A DNA stretch of 64,000 nt from Anaerolineae bacterium (GTDB taxonomy: Bacteria; Chloroflexota; Anaerolineae; Aggregatilineales; Aggregatilineaceae), in assembly GCA_018432315.1 (NCBI GenBank), contig JAHDLB010000022.1, forward strand, positions 12,247 to 76,246. The letters run 5' to 3'. Both the position numbers and the translations under genes were made by a program. Under the pieces are notes generated by a model, which was not told the DNA's origin, made no database searches, and saw only the letters and a program-made list of their open reading frames with translations. Shown one piece after another: positions 19,614 through 28,888 of the stretch; within the stretch, counting starts at the first letter, position 1; each line of letters starts with the position of its first letter.

Positions 19614-19963
19614 CCGAACTGGCCCGGCTACGGGCGGATTGCAAAGCTTCATGGCGCTGCGGTCTATCCGCAGCTGAAACCCTATCGAGCCGACGTCAGT
19701 TCCGAGATGAAAACTCCTCCGAAGTAACAAAGCAACCCCGCTTTGTTACGGGCATTTCCGATGGTCGTGGACTACTTGAGATCGATCTCAAGTGCCGGTA
19801 GGGCCTCTGAATGTGTACTGGATTCTCCGGTGTGTTCGCCGCACGCCGCCAGTTGCCACGTCCAGGCCGCAACCGGGAGTGATAGAGGAGCTTGAGCAAG
19901 TTCTAACCATCCCCGGATAGACATGCTTTCCAAAAGCCCTTCAATTCATCTCGGAGGTATTGC

Positions 19964-20641
19964 ATGTCCCAAACAACAACCATTCCGCAGGCAGTGTATA
20001 CCCGTTACCACGCCTGCTACAACAACGATACCTATCGCGCGTTTAGTCTTGGCCTCGCGAATGCGCTGGGCTTAGATGAACGTGTCGTGCGGGCAGAAAT
20101 GCACGATGAACATCACAACCGCATCATGAACCAACTGACTGATGCGGCGATGGAACTGGTCGGTGCGGAGTTCTATGCCGGAGCCGGAAAACGGCTGGGT
20201 AATGCGCTGGGCGCGCTCGATGAGCATACACCACTCCTGGTCAAGCACGCTATCAACCACCTCAACAACTTCGTAACCGGCGATGAACCCTGGGTTGCAC
20301 GACAAAAGATCGCCCATCTGGCGACGCTGTCACTGGCTGAACATGCCCGTCGTGCGCTGGTACAGACGCTGGATCATGCGGCACTGCTGCCGGGCTGGCG
20401 CGGCACAGCCCCGTACTACTGGCTGCGGGCCTGCTCGCTGCTGGTGCAGGCTGCCGAGATTGTCTTGCGCGATGATCCCAGCGAAAGCTACCTGGTCGAG
20501 AAGTTCAGCACTTGCCTTCAGTCTCTCACGATGGGTACCGGTGAGGTGGTTCGTTATGGCAATCCTTCCCTGGCAATCCAACGTTTTTATGAGCAGCTTA
20601 CCGCCACGCAAGACGGGAGGCATCCCGATGTCTCAAAATGA
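19964..20641 (+). CDS. Hypothetical protein
   Basis: 225-aa ORF with GGAGG 8 nt upstream and plausible amino-acid composition. It is the first gene after the structured leader. Confidence 0.55.
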   Translation: MSQTTTIPQAVYTRYHACYNNDTYRAFSLGLANALGLDERVVRAEMHDEHHNRIMNQLTDAAMELVGAEFYAGAGKRLGNALGALDEHTPLLVKHAINHLNNFVTGDEPWVARQKIAHLATLSLAEHARRALVQTLDHAALLPGWRGTAPYYWLRACSLLVQAAEIVLRDDPSESYLVEKFSTCLQSLTMGTGEVVRYGNPSLAIQRFYEQLTATQDGRHPDVSK

Positions 20642-21113
20642 AACCATCACGCAAACCCTGACCGGCAACGGCCTGGTTTTCGCGCGTACTGAAAGACCGG
20701 GTACACCTCAGCCCTGGTGGTGGATTTCCGACGCGAAACGGGTACCAAAGGCGGAGTCGCAGACGTACCGCCACCGTGAGACTCTCAAAGCGTATGGTTG
20801 CCGTTGGTCCAAGCGCAGATTGGCATGGTATTTCATCGGCGCAGAGTTGCCCAATGAGATCGCCGCTCTGGTAGGTCCGCAAGACAACACCGGTGAACCA
20901 GTGGCGCAAGACGATGTTCCCGTCTCCGATGCACCAATGGCACCACGTTATTCTCCACGTTTGACCGGTTCTGTCACCCCTGTTCGCGAGTCGTACCAGC
21001 AGCGTGTCCTGCGTCGTTTTGCCGAGCAGTTCCAGGCCGATCTGGATCGCATCACGCGCTGTCCGGCGCTGCCTGCGGTCGCGACCATTCGCCTCGACGA
21101 TCCCTGGGCGTAG
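20628..21113 (+). CDS. Hypothetical protein (Trp/Arg-rich N-terminal module, WWWISDAKR...RHRETLKAYGCRWSKRRLAWYF)
   Basis: This is an in-frame ATG inside ORF 20283..21113, preceded by GGGAGG. The upstream part of that ORF overlaps the previous gene and translates to W/R/C-rich junk. Confidence 0.55.
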   Translation: MSQNETITQTLTGNGLVFARTERPGTPQPWWWISDAKRVPKAESQTYRHRETLKAYGCRWSKRRLAWYFIGAELPNEIAALVGPQDNTGEPVAQDDVPVSDAPMAPRYSPRLTGSVTPVRESYQQRVLRRFAEQFQADLDRITRCPALPAVATIRLDDPWA

Positions 21114-21125
21114 GAGGTGACAACC

Positions 21126-21701
21126 ATGACAACTCAGCTCATCCCGCAGCAATATGTGGGGCGTATGAACGTTGTGGGTGACTGCTTCGTGTTCGGGGCG
21201 GCGCTGCACGACAACCAACCGGTATATCTCGACATCGCCGGTCCGGCTACGTCCGTTGAAGCAGTCTGGGCACGTTTGGCGCAAGGCAAGGAAGCCCGCA
21301 TTGTGCCGGACACCGGGTCAAGCATCGTCTTACAACCACCCGAACCGGGGTTGTACACGCGATTCCAGCGTAAGCTGGAAGGGCTGGCGATAGATCACCT
21401 GCTGCTGGTTCACAAAGCCATCACCGAACCGGTCTACTCCGAATTGACGACCACCTACATGTTTTTCGCCGACAAGGACCAGGCAACGGCGATCCTGGGT
21501 GACCACATCTCGAAGCTGGTCAAGGTAGCTGTGTTTCCCGAATGGTATGCATTCCTGGTGCAGCAAGGTCGCCTGGAACACCTGATGCAGCGCTGTGTAT
21601 GTTATGGCGGTGCGCAGGTGTGGATGATTACACTGGATGAGTCCCGCTGGACACGCATTATCCAGGGTGGCCTGGTTTCCGGTGTTATTTCGCTTCCGTA
21701 A
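21126..21701 (+). CDS. Hypothetical protein
   Basis: ORF 21117..21701. The ATG at 21126 lies 8 nt after AGGAGG. Confidence 0.55.
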   Translation: MTTQLIPQQYVGRMNVVGDCFVFGAALHDNQPVYLDIAGPATSVEAVWARLAQGKEARIVPDTGSSIVLQPPEPGLYTRFQRKLEGLAIDHLLLVHKAITEPVYSELTTTYMFFADKDQATAILGDHISKLVKVAVFPEWYAFLVQQGRLEHLMQRCVCYGGAQVWMITLDESRWTRIIQGGLVSGVISLP

Positions 21702-21779
21702 AACGACTCTTTCGTCAGACAGCGCCCCGTGATCGGTTCTCCGGTCCCGGGGCGTTTTTGTGTTTAGGGAGAAATTATC

Positions 21780-24700
21780 GTGTGCGCACGTCTCACCTCT
21801 ATCGAATTGGGAGGATACTATCCGGCCCCACGGGATCAACTCCCCGCTATTGCTTCGTTATTCGCGCCAGCATCCAACGGCGGGCGTCTGCTCGATCCGT
21901 GCGCGGGTGAAGGCGAAGCGCTGCATTATCTGGCTGAAGCGTGGCAGCTGACGCCCTACGCCAATGAACTCGACACCGACCGCGCCGCCGCGTGCCAGAC
22001 ATTGTTTGGCCCGATTCAGGCCGTGCAGGGAGATCTCTACACTTTGCGCGCTTCGTTGGGCAGCTTCAACGCGGTGTGGTGCAATCCGCCGTACACCTGG
22101 GATGTAACCAACAAGGACGACAAGCGGCGTGAGCTTGGAATGCTCAAGCACAGCTGGAAATGGCTGGCTCCTGGCGGGTATATGGCATGGGTGGTTTATG
22201 GACACCACGTGACCCCGGATGCGGCGGCATTTCTGGCCAAACACTGCAAGACCGTCGATGTGTGGCGGCTGCCAGGGCTGCATCTGGGCGAGTATGTCCA
22301 TGTTGTGGTGGTCGCGCAGGAAGGCATACCACCCGATGAACCGGCCCAGTTCGCACAGCGTATTCTGCAAGACGCGGCCAATCCCCGTGAGCTGACCGTG
22401 CAAGACACACCACTCTACACCTTCCCACAACCACGCACCACCCGCCGCTTTGTGTTCGCTCCGAAAGTCATCACACCGGAACTTGCGTTACAGGCGGTTC
22501 AGGCGGATGGCGCGCAGTTTGGCGCAGGTTTTCAACGGCTGCTGGAGCCACCCCCACCGGTCGAGAACGTGCGTCCGGTGGTGCGGCCACGCGGTGGACA
22601 GTTGGCCCTGGTGTTAGCGGCGGGCTTGTTCAACGGCATTGTCGTGCAGACCGACGAAGGTCGCGCAGCCGTGCGCAGTACGGTCGAGCCGGTCGAGCAA
22701 CTGGTCGAAGGTGGCGAGATTGATGAGGCCGACGAAACCACAACCGAACGTGAGGTATATCGCACACGCCCGCAGGTAACGATCACGCTGCTGAACGAGC
22801 AGGGCGAGATCACCGACATGAGCGGCGATGCGGCACTGGTGGACTTTATCGGGCGGCATAAAACGGCTTTGCTAGGTTATCTGGATGAGCATTTTTCGCC
22901 CCTCTATGACTTCGAGTACAGCCAACTCGCGCCCATCCTGGATCGAGTGCGGCTCAAGGGTAACCGGCTCTATGAGACGCAAAAACACGTCACCGCAGCA
23001 GCATACACGGCCCTGCAACAGCGCAAAGGCGTCATCGTCGTGGGCGAGCCGGGTGTCGGCAAGACGGTGGTTGGTGCAACCCTGGCGATTGCCTTACGTC
23101 CGCACATGAGACCGGACCAGGTCGCGATCGTGATGGCACCGCCTCATCTGACCGGCAAATGGCAGCGCGAGGTCGAGATGGTCGCCCGTTCGGTGGGCAC
23201 GCGCGTTCACGCGAAGGTGCTCAAGAATGTGGACGACGTGCGGGCGTTCATGGACGCCAATCTGCCCATGACACTCAAGATCGGCATCATCCCGCGCGAG
23301 ATGGCGAAGCTCGGCGAGGGCTGGGAACCGGCGGTCCATTGGCGCACAGTGCGCACGGCACGCTGGGGGTATGGCGAACCGCGACCGGAAAACCTGACGG
23401 GTGACCGCATTCTGACGACGAAAGTTCCCCTCTGCCCGAACTGCAACGCGACCATCACCCGCAATAAAAACGGTGAGGCGATCATCGCCGATGAGAAGTG
23501 GCTGGGACGCGCACCGCAGAAGTGCCCGGCTTGCGGTGGGGCGTTGTGGCAGCATTCGCGCACGTTTTCGGCTCCCAAGCCCGGTGAGAAGTACCCCAAA
23601 CGCAACCCGCGTATGCCGTTGGCTGACTACATCGCCACTGTGTTCCCGAATCGCGTGTACCTGTACGAGTGCGACGAAATCCACGAAGCGAAGTCAACCA
23701 GCACCGACCAGGGCGCGGCCATGATGAAACTGGCGCAGACCGCTGAAAAGGTTGTTGGGCTGACCGGCACACTCTACGGCGGCGTTGCGTCGTCGCTGTA
23801 CGGGTTGCAGTTCGTCTTCAATCCGCGTGTGCGGCTGAACTACCCCTGGGGCGTCAAAGGCCAGGCCGGGTGGGTGCGCGACATGGGAGCGCTGGAACGG
23901 ATTGTAGAGTACCGCCCGGAGTACGACAAGGGCGGGCACTACACCGGCAAACGGCGCGTTGAGCACAAACCGAAGGAAGCGCCGGGCTGCTCCCCGCTCC
24001 TGGTGCGCGAAATCATCGATCACACGGTTTTTGTCGGGTTGCAAGACATCGGGCGCGATATGCCGGAGTTTGAAGAAATCCCGGTCCCTATCCCGATGGA
24101 TGCCGACATGGAGCTGCACTACAACCGCGCCAAGGACAAGATGAACACCTACCTGTTCCAGTGCCGGATGGAAGGCGACGCGAGTTTCCTCGGACGTTAC
24201 CTGCAAACACTGCTGGCCTGGCCGACTGCACCGTTCCGGAGCGAGAAGGTGATCCACAAACGCCGCTTTGACCGTGAGAGCGATCAGTTCATCGAAATCC
24301 CGGTGCATGACATGCCGGGTTTGAGCGAAGACCGGCTGTATCCCAAAGAAGAATGGCTGGTCGAACTGGTGCGTGATGAGCTGGCCCAGGGCCGCAACGT
24401 TGGCGTGTTTCTGCGTCAGACAGGCACCAGAGATATACAGCCGCGCATCGAACGCATCATCCGCGAGCATATTCCTGACGCACGACCGTATGTACTCAAG
24501 GGCAGCGTGGCTCCGGAACGCCGCGAGAGCCTGGTGCAGCAGCAGCTGGATGCAGGCATCAATGTGCTGGTGTGTAATCCTCGCTTGGTCCAGACCGGCC
24601 TCGACCTGGTGGCTTTCCCGACGTTGGTGTTCCTGGAACCGGATTACAGCTTGTTCGTGATGGGACAGGCGTCCCGGCGGGCGTGGCGTATCATCCAGGA

Positions 24701-25268
24701 CCAGCCGTGCAAAACGTTCTATCCTCACTATCTGGACACGATGGAACACCAGGCAGTCGAACTCATCGGGCGCAAGCAGCAGGCGGCCAATCTGCTCTAC
24801 GGCGATACGAGCGCGGGCGGATTGAGTGAACTCACCGGTGCGAATGGCGGCGGTGGCGACCTCATGGCCGAGTTGGCGAAAGCTATCGACCACGACGAAA
24901 GTGTGACGGACCTGCGTGACCTGTTTGCGCGACACGCCCAACAAGCCGATCCGACCGACAGCGCGTGGTTTGTGGCCGAACCCGAACCGGCGCACGACAC
25001 CGAAGGCGAAGACGATCTCATTCGTTTTGGCCTCGAAGAACTCGGCGGCGTTGTGGTAGAGATGGCGGAGAGCGACGAGCGCGTAACACGACCGGCTCCC
25101 AGTCCCGCCGCACTGCCACCGCGCACGAAACGGCGGCGGCGTAAGGTCAGCATCCTCGATGTGCCCGAAACCGATGAAACGCTGATTCAGGTCCCGGATT
25201 GGCCCAAACGCCAGCGGGAACAGGTGCCACTCAAACCGGCTGAACCCCAACAGCTTGCCCTGTTCTAA
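21780..25268 (+). CDS. Fusion of an N6-adenine-type DNA methyltransferase with an SNF2/SF2 helicase; probable anti-restriction/establishment protein
   Basis: 1162 aa with SAM motif LLDPCAGEGEA and catalytic VWCNPPYTW. The helicase part has Walker A VVGEPGVGKT, a DEIH box (YECDEIHEAK) and motif VI QASRRAWRIIQ. There is an internal zinc ribbon CPNC...CPACGG. Confidence 0.75.
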   Translation: MCARLTSIELGGYYPAPRDQLPAIASLFAPASNGGRLLDPCAGEGEALHYLAEAWQLTPYANELDTDRAAACQTLFGPIQAVQGDLYTLRASLGSFNAVWCNPPYTWDVTNKDDKRRELGMLKHSWKWLAPGGYMAWVVYGHHVTPDAAAFLAKHCKTVDVWRLPGLHLGEYVHVVVVAQEGIPPDEPAQFAQRILQDAANPRELTVQDTPLYTFPQPRTTRRFVFAPKVITPELALQAVQADGAQFGAGFQRLLEPPPPVENVRPVVRPRGGQLALVLAAGLFNGIVVQTDEGRAAVRSTVEPVEQLVEGGEIDEADETTTEREVYRTRPQVTITLLNEQGEITDMSGDAALVDFIGRHKTALLGYLDEHFSPLYDFEYSQLAPILDRVRLKGNRLYETQKHVTAAAYTALQQRKGVIVVGEPGVGKTVVGATLAIALRPHMRPDQVAIVMAPPHLTGKWQREVEMVARSVGTRVHAKVLKNVDDVRAFMDANLPMTLKIGIIPREMAKLGEGWEPAVHWRTVRTARWGYGEPRPENLTGDRILTTKVPLCPNCNATITRNKNGEAIIADEKWLGRAPQKCPACGGALWQHSRTFSAPKPGEKYPKRNPRMPLADYIATVFPNRVYLYECDEIHEAKSTSTDQGAAMMKLAQTAEKVVGLTGTLYGGVASSLYGLQFVFNPRVRLNYPWGVKGQAGWVRDMGALERIVEYRPEYDKGGHYTGKRRVEHKPKEAPGCSPLLVREIIDHTVFVGLQDIGRDMPEFEEIPVPIPMDADMELHYNRAKDKMNTYLFQCRMEGDASFLGRYLQTLLAWPTAPFRSEKVIHKRRFDRESDQFIEIPVHDMPGLSEDRLYPKEEWLVELVRDELAQGRNVGVFLRQTGTRDIQPRIERIIREHIPDARPYVLKGSVAPERRESLVQQQLDAGINVLVCNPRLVQTGLDLVAFPTLVFLEPDYSLFVMGQASRRAWRIIQDQPCKTFYPHYLDTMEHQAVELIGRKQQAANLLYGDTSAGGLSELTGANGGGGDLMAELAKAIDHDESVTDLRDLFARHAQQADPTDSAWFVAEPEPAHDTEGEDDLIRFGLEELGGVVVEMAESDERVTRPAPSPAALPPRTKRRRRKVSILDVPETDETLIQVPDWPKRQREQVPLKPAEPQQLALF

Positions 25269-25279
25269 GGCGGTGCATC

Positions 25280-26203
25280 ATGCATCCCGATACACAGGCG
25301 TTTCTCGAAGCCCTGTTTGCCCCGTGCGAGCAGGGCTTTTTGACCTTCACTGCCATCCACCCCGATGGGCAGCACCCAACACCTTCGCGCCATGTCCCGG
25401 TCGGTGATCTGGCCTGTCTTACGCGCACTGTGGAGCGTCTTACGGAAGCAAACCAGCAGGGTTGGGGCGCATACGTGGCGATAGCGACCCGCAAGACCAA
25501 CCTCGGACGCTGGCGGCGCGGCGGGCTAGACGACCTGCTCGCGCTGCCTGCGTTGTTCGTGGACGTGGATGATCCCTCACCGGATACACTGGCACGCCTG
25601 CAAACAGTGCGTCCAACACCATCCTGCATCACGTTCACCACGGGAGGATTTCACGCTTATTGGTGGCTGCGAACTTCGCTCACTGACTTCGATCTTGCAC
25701 GGCATTTGCTGCACGCGCTGGCCGCCAAATTGGGTGGAGACAGATTGTCACCCGCCCAGTCGCTTCGCTTGCCTCAAACACGAAATACAAAACCCCAGCG
25801 TGGTAATGCATTGTGCAAAATCGTTGTCTTGCGTGATGTGCGTTACACACTGGCTGACTTCGATCTGCCCAGCGAACATCCGCCGCTGCGACGTTGCTGC
25901 ACTCGACCATCGCCAGTTGCTAGATATGCTCGATCCAATCGCGCTTTGAATCCCGCCCTGATCGCGGCAGTAGCAGACAACCTTATCGAGCAGGGTTATC
26001 GCCGATCTGGAGATTGGTTGAGTGGTCCCTGCCTCTTTCCGCAAAATCATCATCATGCGGATACACACACCTCGTTTGGCTTCAATGTTCGCACGGGTTA
26101 CGGCAATTGTTTTCGCTGCAACTCAATCCTGCTCAAGGATATCTGCCAGACGCTGATGATCCACCCGTCAGATTACGGCGGATTATTCACGCAAGACAGC
26201 TAA
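25280..26203 (+). CDS. Archaeo-eukaryotic-type primase-polymerase (prim-pol) with a C-terminal zinc-binding module
   Basis: 307 aa with AEP-like motifs GWGAYVAIATR, LFVDVDD (DxD) and TTGGFHAYWWL. The C-terminal segment CLFPQNHHHADTH...GNCFRC is the putative zinc module. Confidence 0.6.
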   Translation: MHPDTQAFLEALFAPCEQGFLTFTAIHPDGQHPTPSRHVPVGDLACLTRTVERLTEANQQGWGAYVAIATRKTNLGRWRRGGLDDLLALPALFVDVDDPSPDTLARLQTVRPTPSCITFTTGGFHAYWWLRTSLTDFDLARHLLHALAAKLGGDRLSPAQSLRLPQTRNTKPQRGNALCKIVVLRDVRYTLADFDLPSEHPPLRRCCTRPSPVARYARSNRALNPALIAAVADNLIEQGYRRSGDWLSGPCLFPQNHHHADTHTSFGFNVRTGYGNCFRCNSILLKDICQTLMIHPSDYGGLFTQDS

Positions 26204-26243
26204 TCCGATCATCTAGCTTCCTCAAATAGAAAAGGACAATCCC

Positions 26244-26891
26244 ATGTCGAAAAAGACAGAGACACCGCCCCCAACGATCATCACCCTGACGTTACCTGAA
26301 ACCGGCAGCGAAAGCACACTGCTCATCCAGCGCGACGATCTGGCGCACCTGAGCCAGTTTGCCTATTCACCGGAAACTGACTTCACTGCTGTGATTCAAC
26401 AGGCTGTGGCCGCACTCACGGTCGTGGAAAGTGATCCACCGGCCATCCCCGAAACACCGCAGCACAAGACAGCGACCCCGCCAGCAGCATCGTCAGAACC
26501 ACCAGAGCCGGTGATCCAGGTACCGACCAAATCGAAGAAGGGCACAACTGCTATCCCGGCGCGTCTCTTGCAGATCACTGGCGACGAGACGGACGAAGCG
26601 GCGCAGCAGGCGTTGAAGGTGGCTGGACGACTGCTCAACAGCGAGTTGTGGGATGGAAAAGTGCCGATTGGCATCGACGATGCGCCTGCCGTGCTGCGCA
26701 GACTGGATGGGTTGACCGACAAGGAATTGAAGGTGCTGTTCAGGCTGGAGCAGTTTGTGCAGCTCAATCCAGCCGTGGCCGCAGATGACATTGACACACC
26801 GCAAGACGATCTTGTCGAAGACCCGGCGGCGCAAGACGTTCCTGAAATCTCCGAAGGTGCTGATGCTTCCGAACAATCCGCTTTGATCTAG
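26244..26891 (+). CDS. Acidic, Pro-rich hypothetical protein (position consistent with PRTRC protein E)
   Basis: 215-aa ORF with low-complexity PPAxPETP segments and a very acidic C-terminus. It is the first gene of the Ubl/E2/E1 cassette. Confidence 0.5.
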   Translation: MSKKTETPPPTIITLTLPETGSESTLLIQRDDLAHLSQFAYSPETDFTAVIQQAVAALTVVESDPPAIPETPQHKTATPPAASSEPPEPVIQVPTKSKKGTTAIPARLLQITGDETDEAAQQALKVAGRLLNSELWDGKVPIGIDDAPAVLRRLDGLTDKELKVLFRLEQFVQLNPAVAADDIDTPQDDLVEDPAAQDVPEISEGADASEQSALI

Positions 26892-26933
26892 CCGTATCTA
26901 TCGCCCAATACCCAAGCTGAAAGGAACCAAATC

Positions 26934-27146
26934 ATGACGAACGAAACCAACCCGACTCCGCGCGTTTTTGTCATCGGTGCCACCCGCATCAAAGAAGATG
27001 CTTCGATGGCTGGCCGGAGTAATGAGGAAATCCGCGATCTTCTCAAACCCACGTATCCCGAAGTGGCTCATGCCACCATCCGTGAAACTGAGCAAGACGG
27101 ACAAAAAACGGTGTCCTTCCTCGTTCGGCCCGGATATAAAGGTTAA
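26934..27146 (+). CDS. Small ubiquitin-like (beta-grasp-sized) protein ending in a free glycine (PRTRC protein C-like)
   Basis: 70 aa ending ...LVRPGYKG-stop. It is linked to E2-like and ThiF/E1-like genes. Confidence 0.55.
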   Translation: MTNETNPTPRVFVIGATRIKEDASMAGRSNEEIRDLLKPTYPEVAHATIRETEQDGQKTVSFLVRPGYKG

Positions 27147-27151
27147 ATTCC

Positions 27152-27403
27152 GTGTTGACCTTGACACACGACGATCTGTGCGCGTGTCTGGCCGCTATGC
27201 CACCGGTGGAACTGCTGGGGATGACCTTGCTCAGGCAGGGAAGTCCCCAGCTTTATCCGGCGGATGTGCCGCGTGACACGCTGCGCGAAGCGGTCACGGA
27301 AATTGTGGCCTACACCGGGCGCTGTACGGCGGCTGCGCACCGTCTGCGCAATCTGACGCCCATTCCCCTTCTTCACATCAGTATTCCGGAATACGCACTA
27401 TGA
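27152..27403 (+). CDS. Hypothetical protein
   Basis: 83-aa ORF packed between the Ubl gene and the next gene; its stop overlaps the next start. Confidence 0.4.
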   Translation: MLTLTHDDLCACLAAMPPVELLGMTLLRQGSPQLYPADVPRDTLREAVTEIVAYTGRCTAAAHRLRNLTPIPLLHISIPEYAL

Positions 27404-28260
27404 CCACACTAACCGATGTGCACAGTTTTCTCGCGGCAGGTTTGCGGGATGATCCACTGTTGTGTCTTGCGCAGGCTGTGGCGAGATTCGACCCGTTCTG
27501 GAATGGACTGTCAGACGATGAATTCAACGATGATGGCTCACTGTCGGCTGCGCTGGATGTCACACGCGATGTGTTTCCTGATGTCTATGCTCTCGCAGTT
27601 GATGCACTACACCACGGTGCGGAGTATGACGATCTCGACAACCTGATCTGCGCTGAAATCTCCGCGCGGGGTATTCCACTCGATTGTATCGAATCGATGG
27701 GGTTTGGAATTCCCTTGCCTGCGTATGGCGCGCAGTTGGACGATCCGGATTTTTATGCGCATCATCCCGATGTAGCGCCAGTGGCAAAGCTGTTTGGCAT
27801 CCAGCCAGCAGACGACTACCCGGTAGATATACCGGATCATGCGTATGCTGCCATGCACCAACTGATGGTCAGCCTGGTGGAACATCCCGACCCGCGTTAC
27901 CAGCAGGTGGGCTGGGTGGTCGGTTGGCTCGGTTCAGCAACCGGCAATAGCTCGATCGATCTCGATTACTCGACGATGGGGGATTACGAGCCGCTGTCCT
28001 GGGAGCAAGATCAACTGGAATTCGCTGTGGCTATCATCCAGGAAGCCGACGAGATCATGGAGTCGGTTCAGGCCGGACTGGCACTGCTGCAATCCAATCC
28101 CTGCATTCAACAGGCGTTGCAAGACAACATTCAGCGTCTGTATCGTTCATTGGCACGACAATCCAAATCCAGGAAGGAGCGCAAGAATCATGACCACCCT
28201 CGACTTCACTGGCCCGCGCTTGACAGCGGCCTTACAGGAACAACCGAGTCTGACCCTTGA
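27400..28260 (+). CDS. Acidic hypothetical protein (position consistent with PRTRC protein F)
   Basis: 286-aa ORF that is Asp/Glu-rich. I see no catalytic motif. Confidence 0.5.
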   Translation: MTTLTDVHSFLAAGLRDDPLLCLAQAVARFDPFWNGLSDDEFNDDGSLSAALDVTRDVFPDVYALAVDALHHGAEYDDLDNLICAEISARGIPLDCIESMGFGIPLPAYGAQLDDPDFYAHHPDVAPVAKLFGIQPADDYPVDIPDHAYAAMHQLMVSLVEHPDPRYQQVGWVVGWLGSATGNSSIDLDYSTMGDYEPLSWEQDQLEFAVAIIQEADEIMESVQAGLALLQSNPCIQQALQDNIQRLYRSLARQSKSRKERKNHDHPRLHWPALDSGLTGTTESDP

Positions 28261-28888
28261 GTTTTACAGTTTTGGCGTACTGCTGCGAAAGCGCGAAGGT
28301 GATGCTGTGACGGAGTATGCGGTTGATCCCGAACAAATCGCCCTGGCACTGGCCGCGAAAGTGACCTTTGATACTGGACTGCTGACTGGCGACACGCTGC
28401 TGGTCCGGCAGGATGGGGTCAAGCGGTTGGTGGTCGAATACCGCCGCCCACAGAAGACCGGTATCTTCATCGAAGGTTCTGAAACACCTTTGCGCGTGCC
28501 GATGCCGCCGCTGGTGCTCATCCGCACGACCACCGAAAACAAGAACCCGCAGTATCAGGTCTACGCGGTCAAGGAACGTCCGGCTGCGTTGGATGCGCCG
28601 CTGTTTCATGCGCCCCTGCCAAACGTCTTCAGTTCCGGCAGTATTTGCTGGGGCAGCGTGCAGCGAGTGGGCGACGCCGCACTCCAGACGAGTTCACTGG
28701 CCGCAGACTGGGATGCACTTCTCGGATCCCCGTTTGGCAATCATGCCGTAAACGGCAAATCGCGATCCCATCCGCACGACATCCGGCAGAAACTGGTTGA
28801 ACTGGAAGCGCGCAAGGCACGGGTATATCCGAAATCAGACCTCATTCCGGTCAAGCGCACGCTGGCTCAAGCGATTGGAGATGCATGA
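28190..28888 (+). CDS. E2/UBC-like protein (PRTRC protein B-like)
   Basis: 232 aa. FHAPLPNVFSSGSICWG resembles the HPN...C active-site region of ubiquitin-conjugating enzymes. Its stop overlaps the ThiF-like start (ATGATGA). Confidence 0.5.
   Translation: MTTLDFTGPRLTAALQEQPSLTLEFYSFGVLLRKREGDAVTEYAVDPEQIALALAAKVTFDTGLLTGDTLLVRQDGVKRLVVEYRRPQKTGIFIEGSETPLRVPMPPLVLIRTTTENKNPQYQVYAVKERPAALDAPLFHAPLPNVFSSGSICWGSVQRVGDAALQTSSLAADWDALLGSPFGNHAVNGKSRSHPHDIRQKLVELEARKARVYPKSDLIPVKRTLAQAIGDA

Noticed and set aside
19286-19899. Several 60-171-aa ORFs in the structured region, and the possibility of a tRNA, tmRNA or RNase P RNA
   Set aside because: The ORFs are Arg/Ala/Pro-rich and mutually overlapping on both strands. 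I looked for tmRNA ends (GGGGCUGAUUCUGGAUUCGAC... / ...CCACCA), RNase P conserved boxes and tRNA cloverleaf features and did not find them. The region is kept only as an unclassified structured element.
20283-20627. N-terminal 115 codons of ORF 20283..21113
   Set aside because: They overlap the better-looking gene 19964..20641 and translate to W/R/C-rich sequence. An internal ATG at 20628 with GGGAGG upstream gives a sensible start.
23694-25250. 518-aa minus-strand ORF antisense to the methyltransferase-helicase gene
   Set aside because: Its composition is Arg/Ala/Gly/His-rich with no motifs. It lies wholly inside a plus-strand gene that has clear MTase and helicase motifs. It is a typical high-GC antisense artefact.
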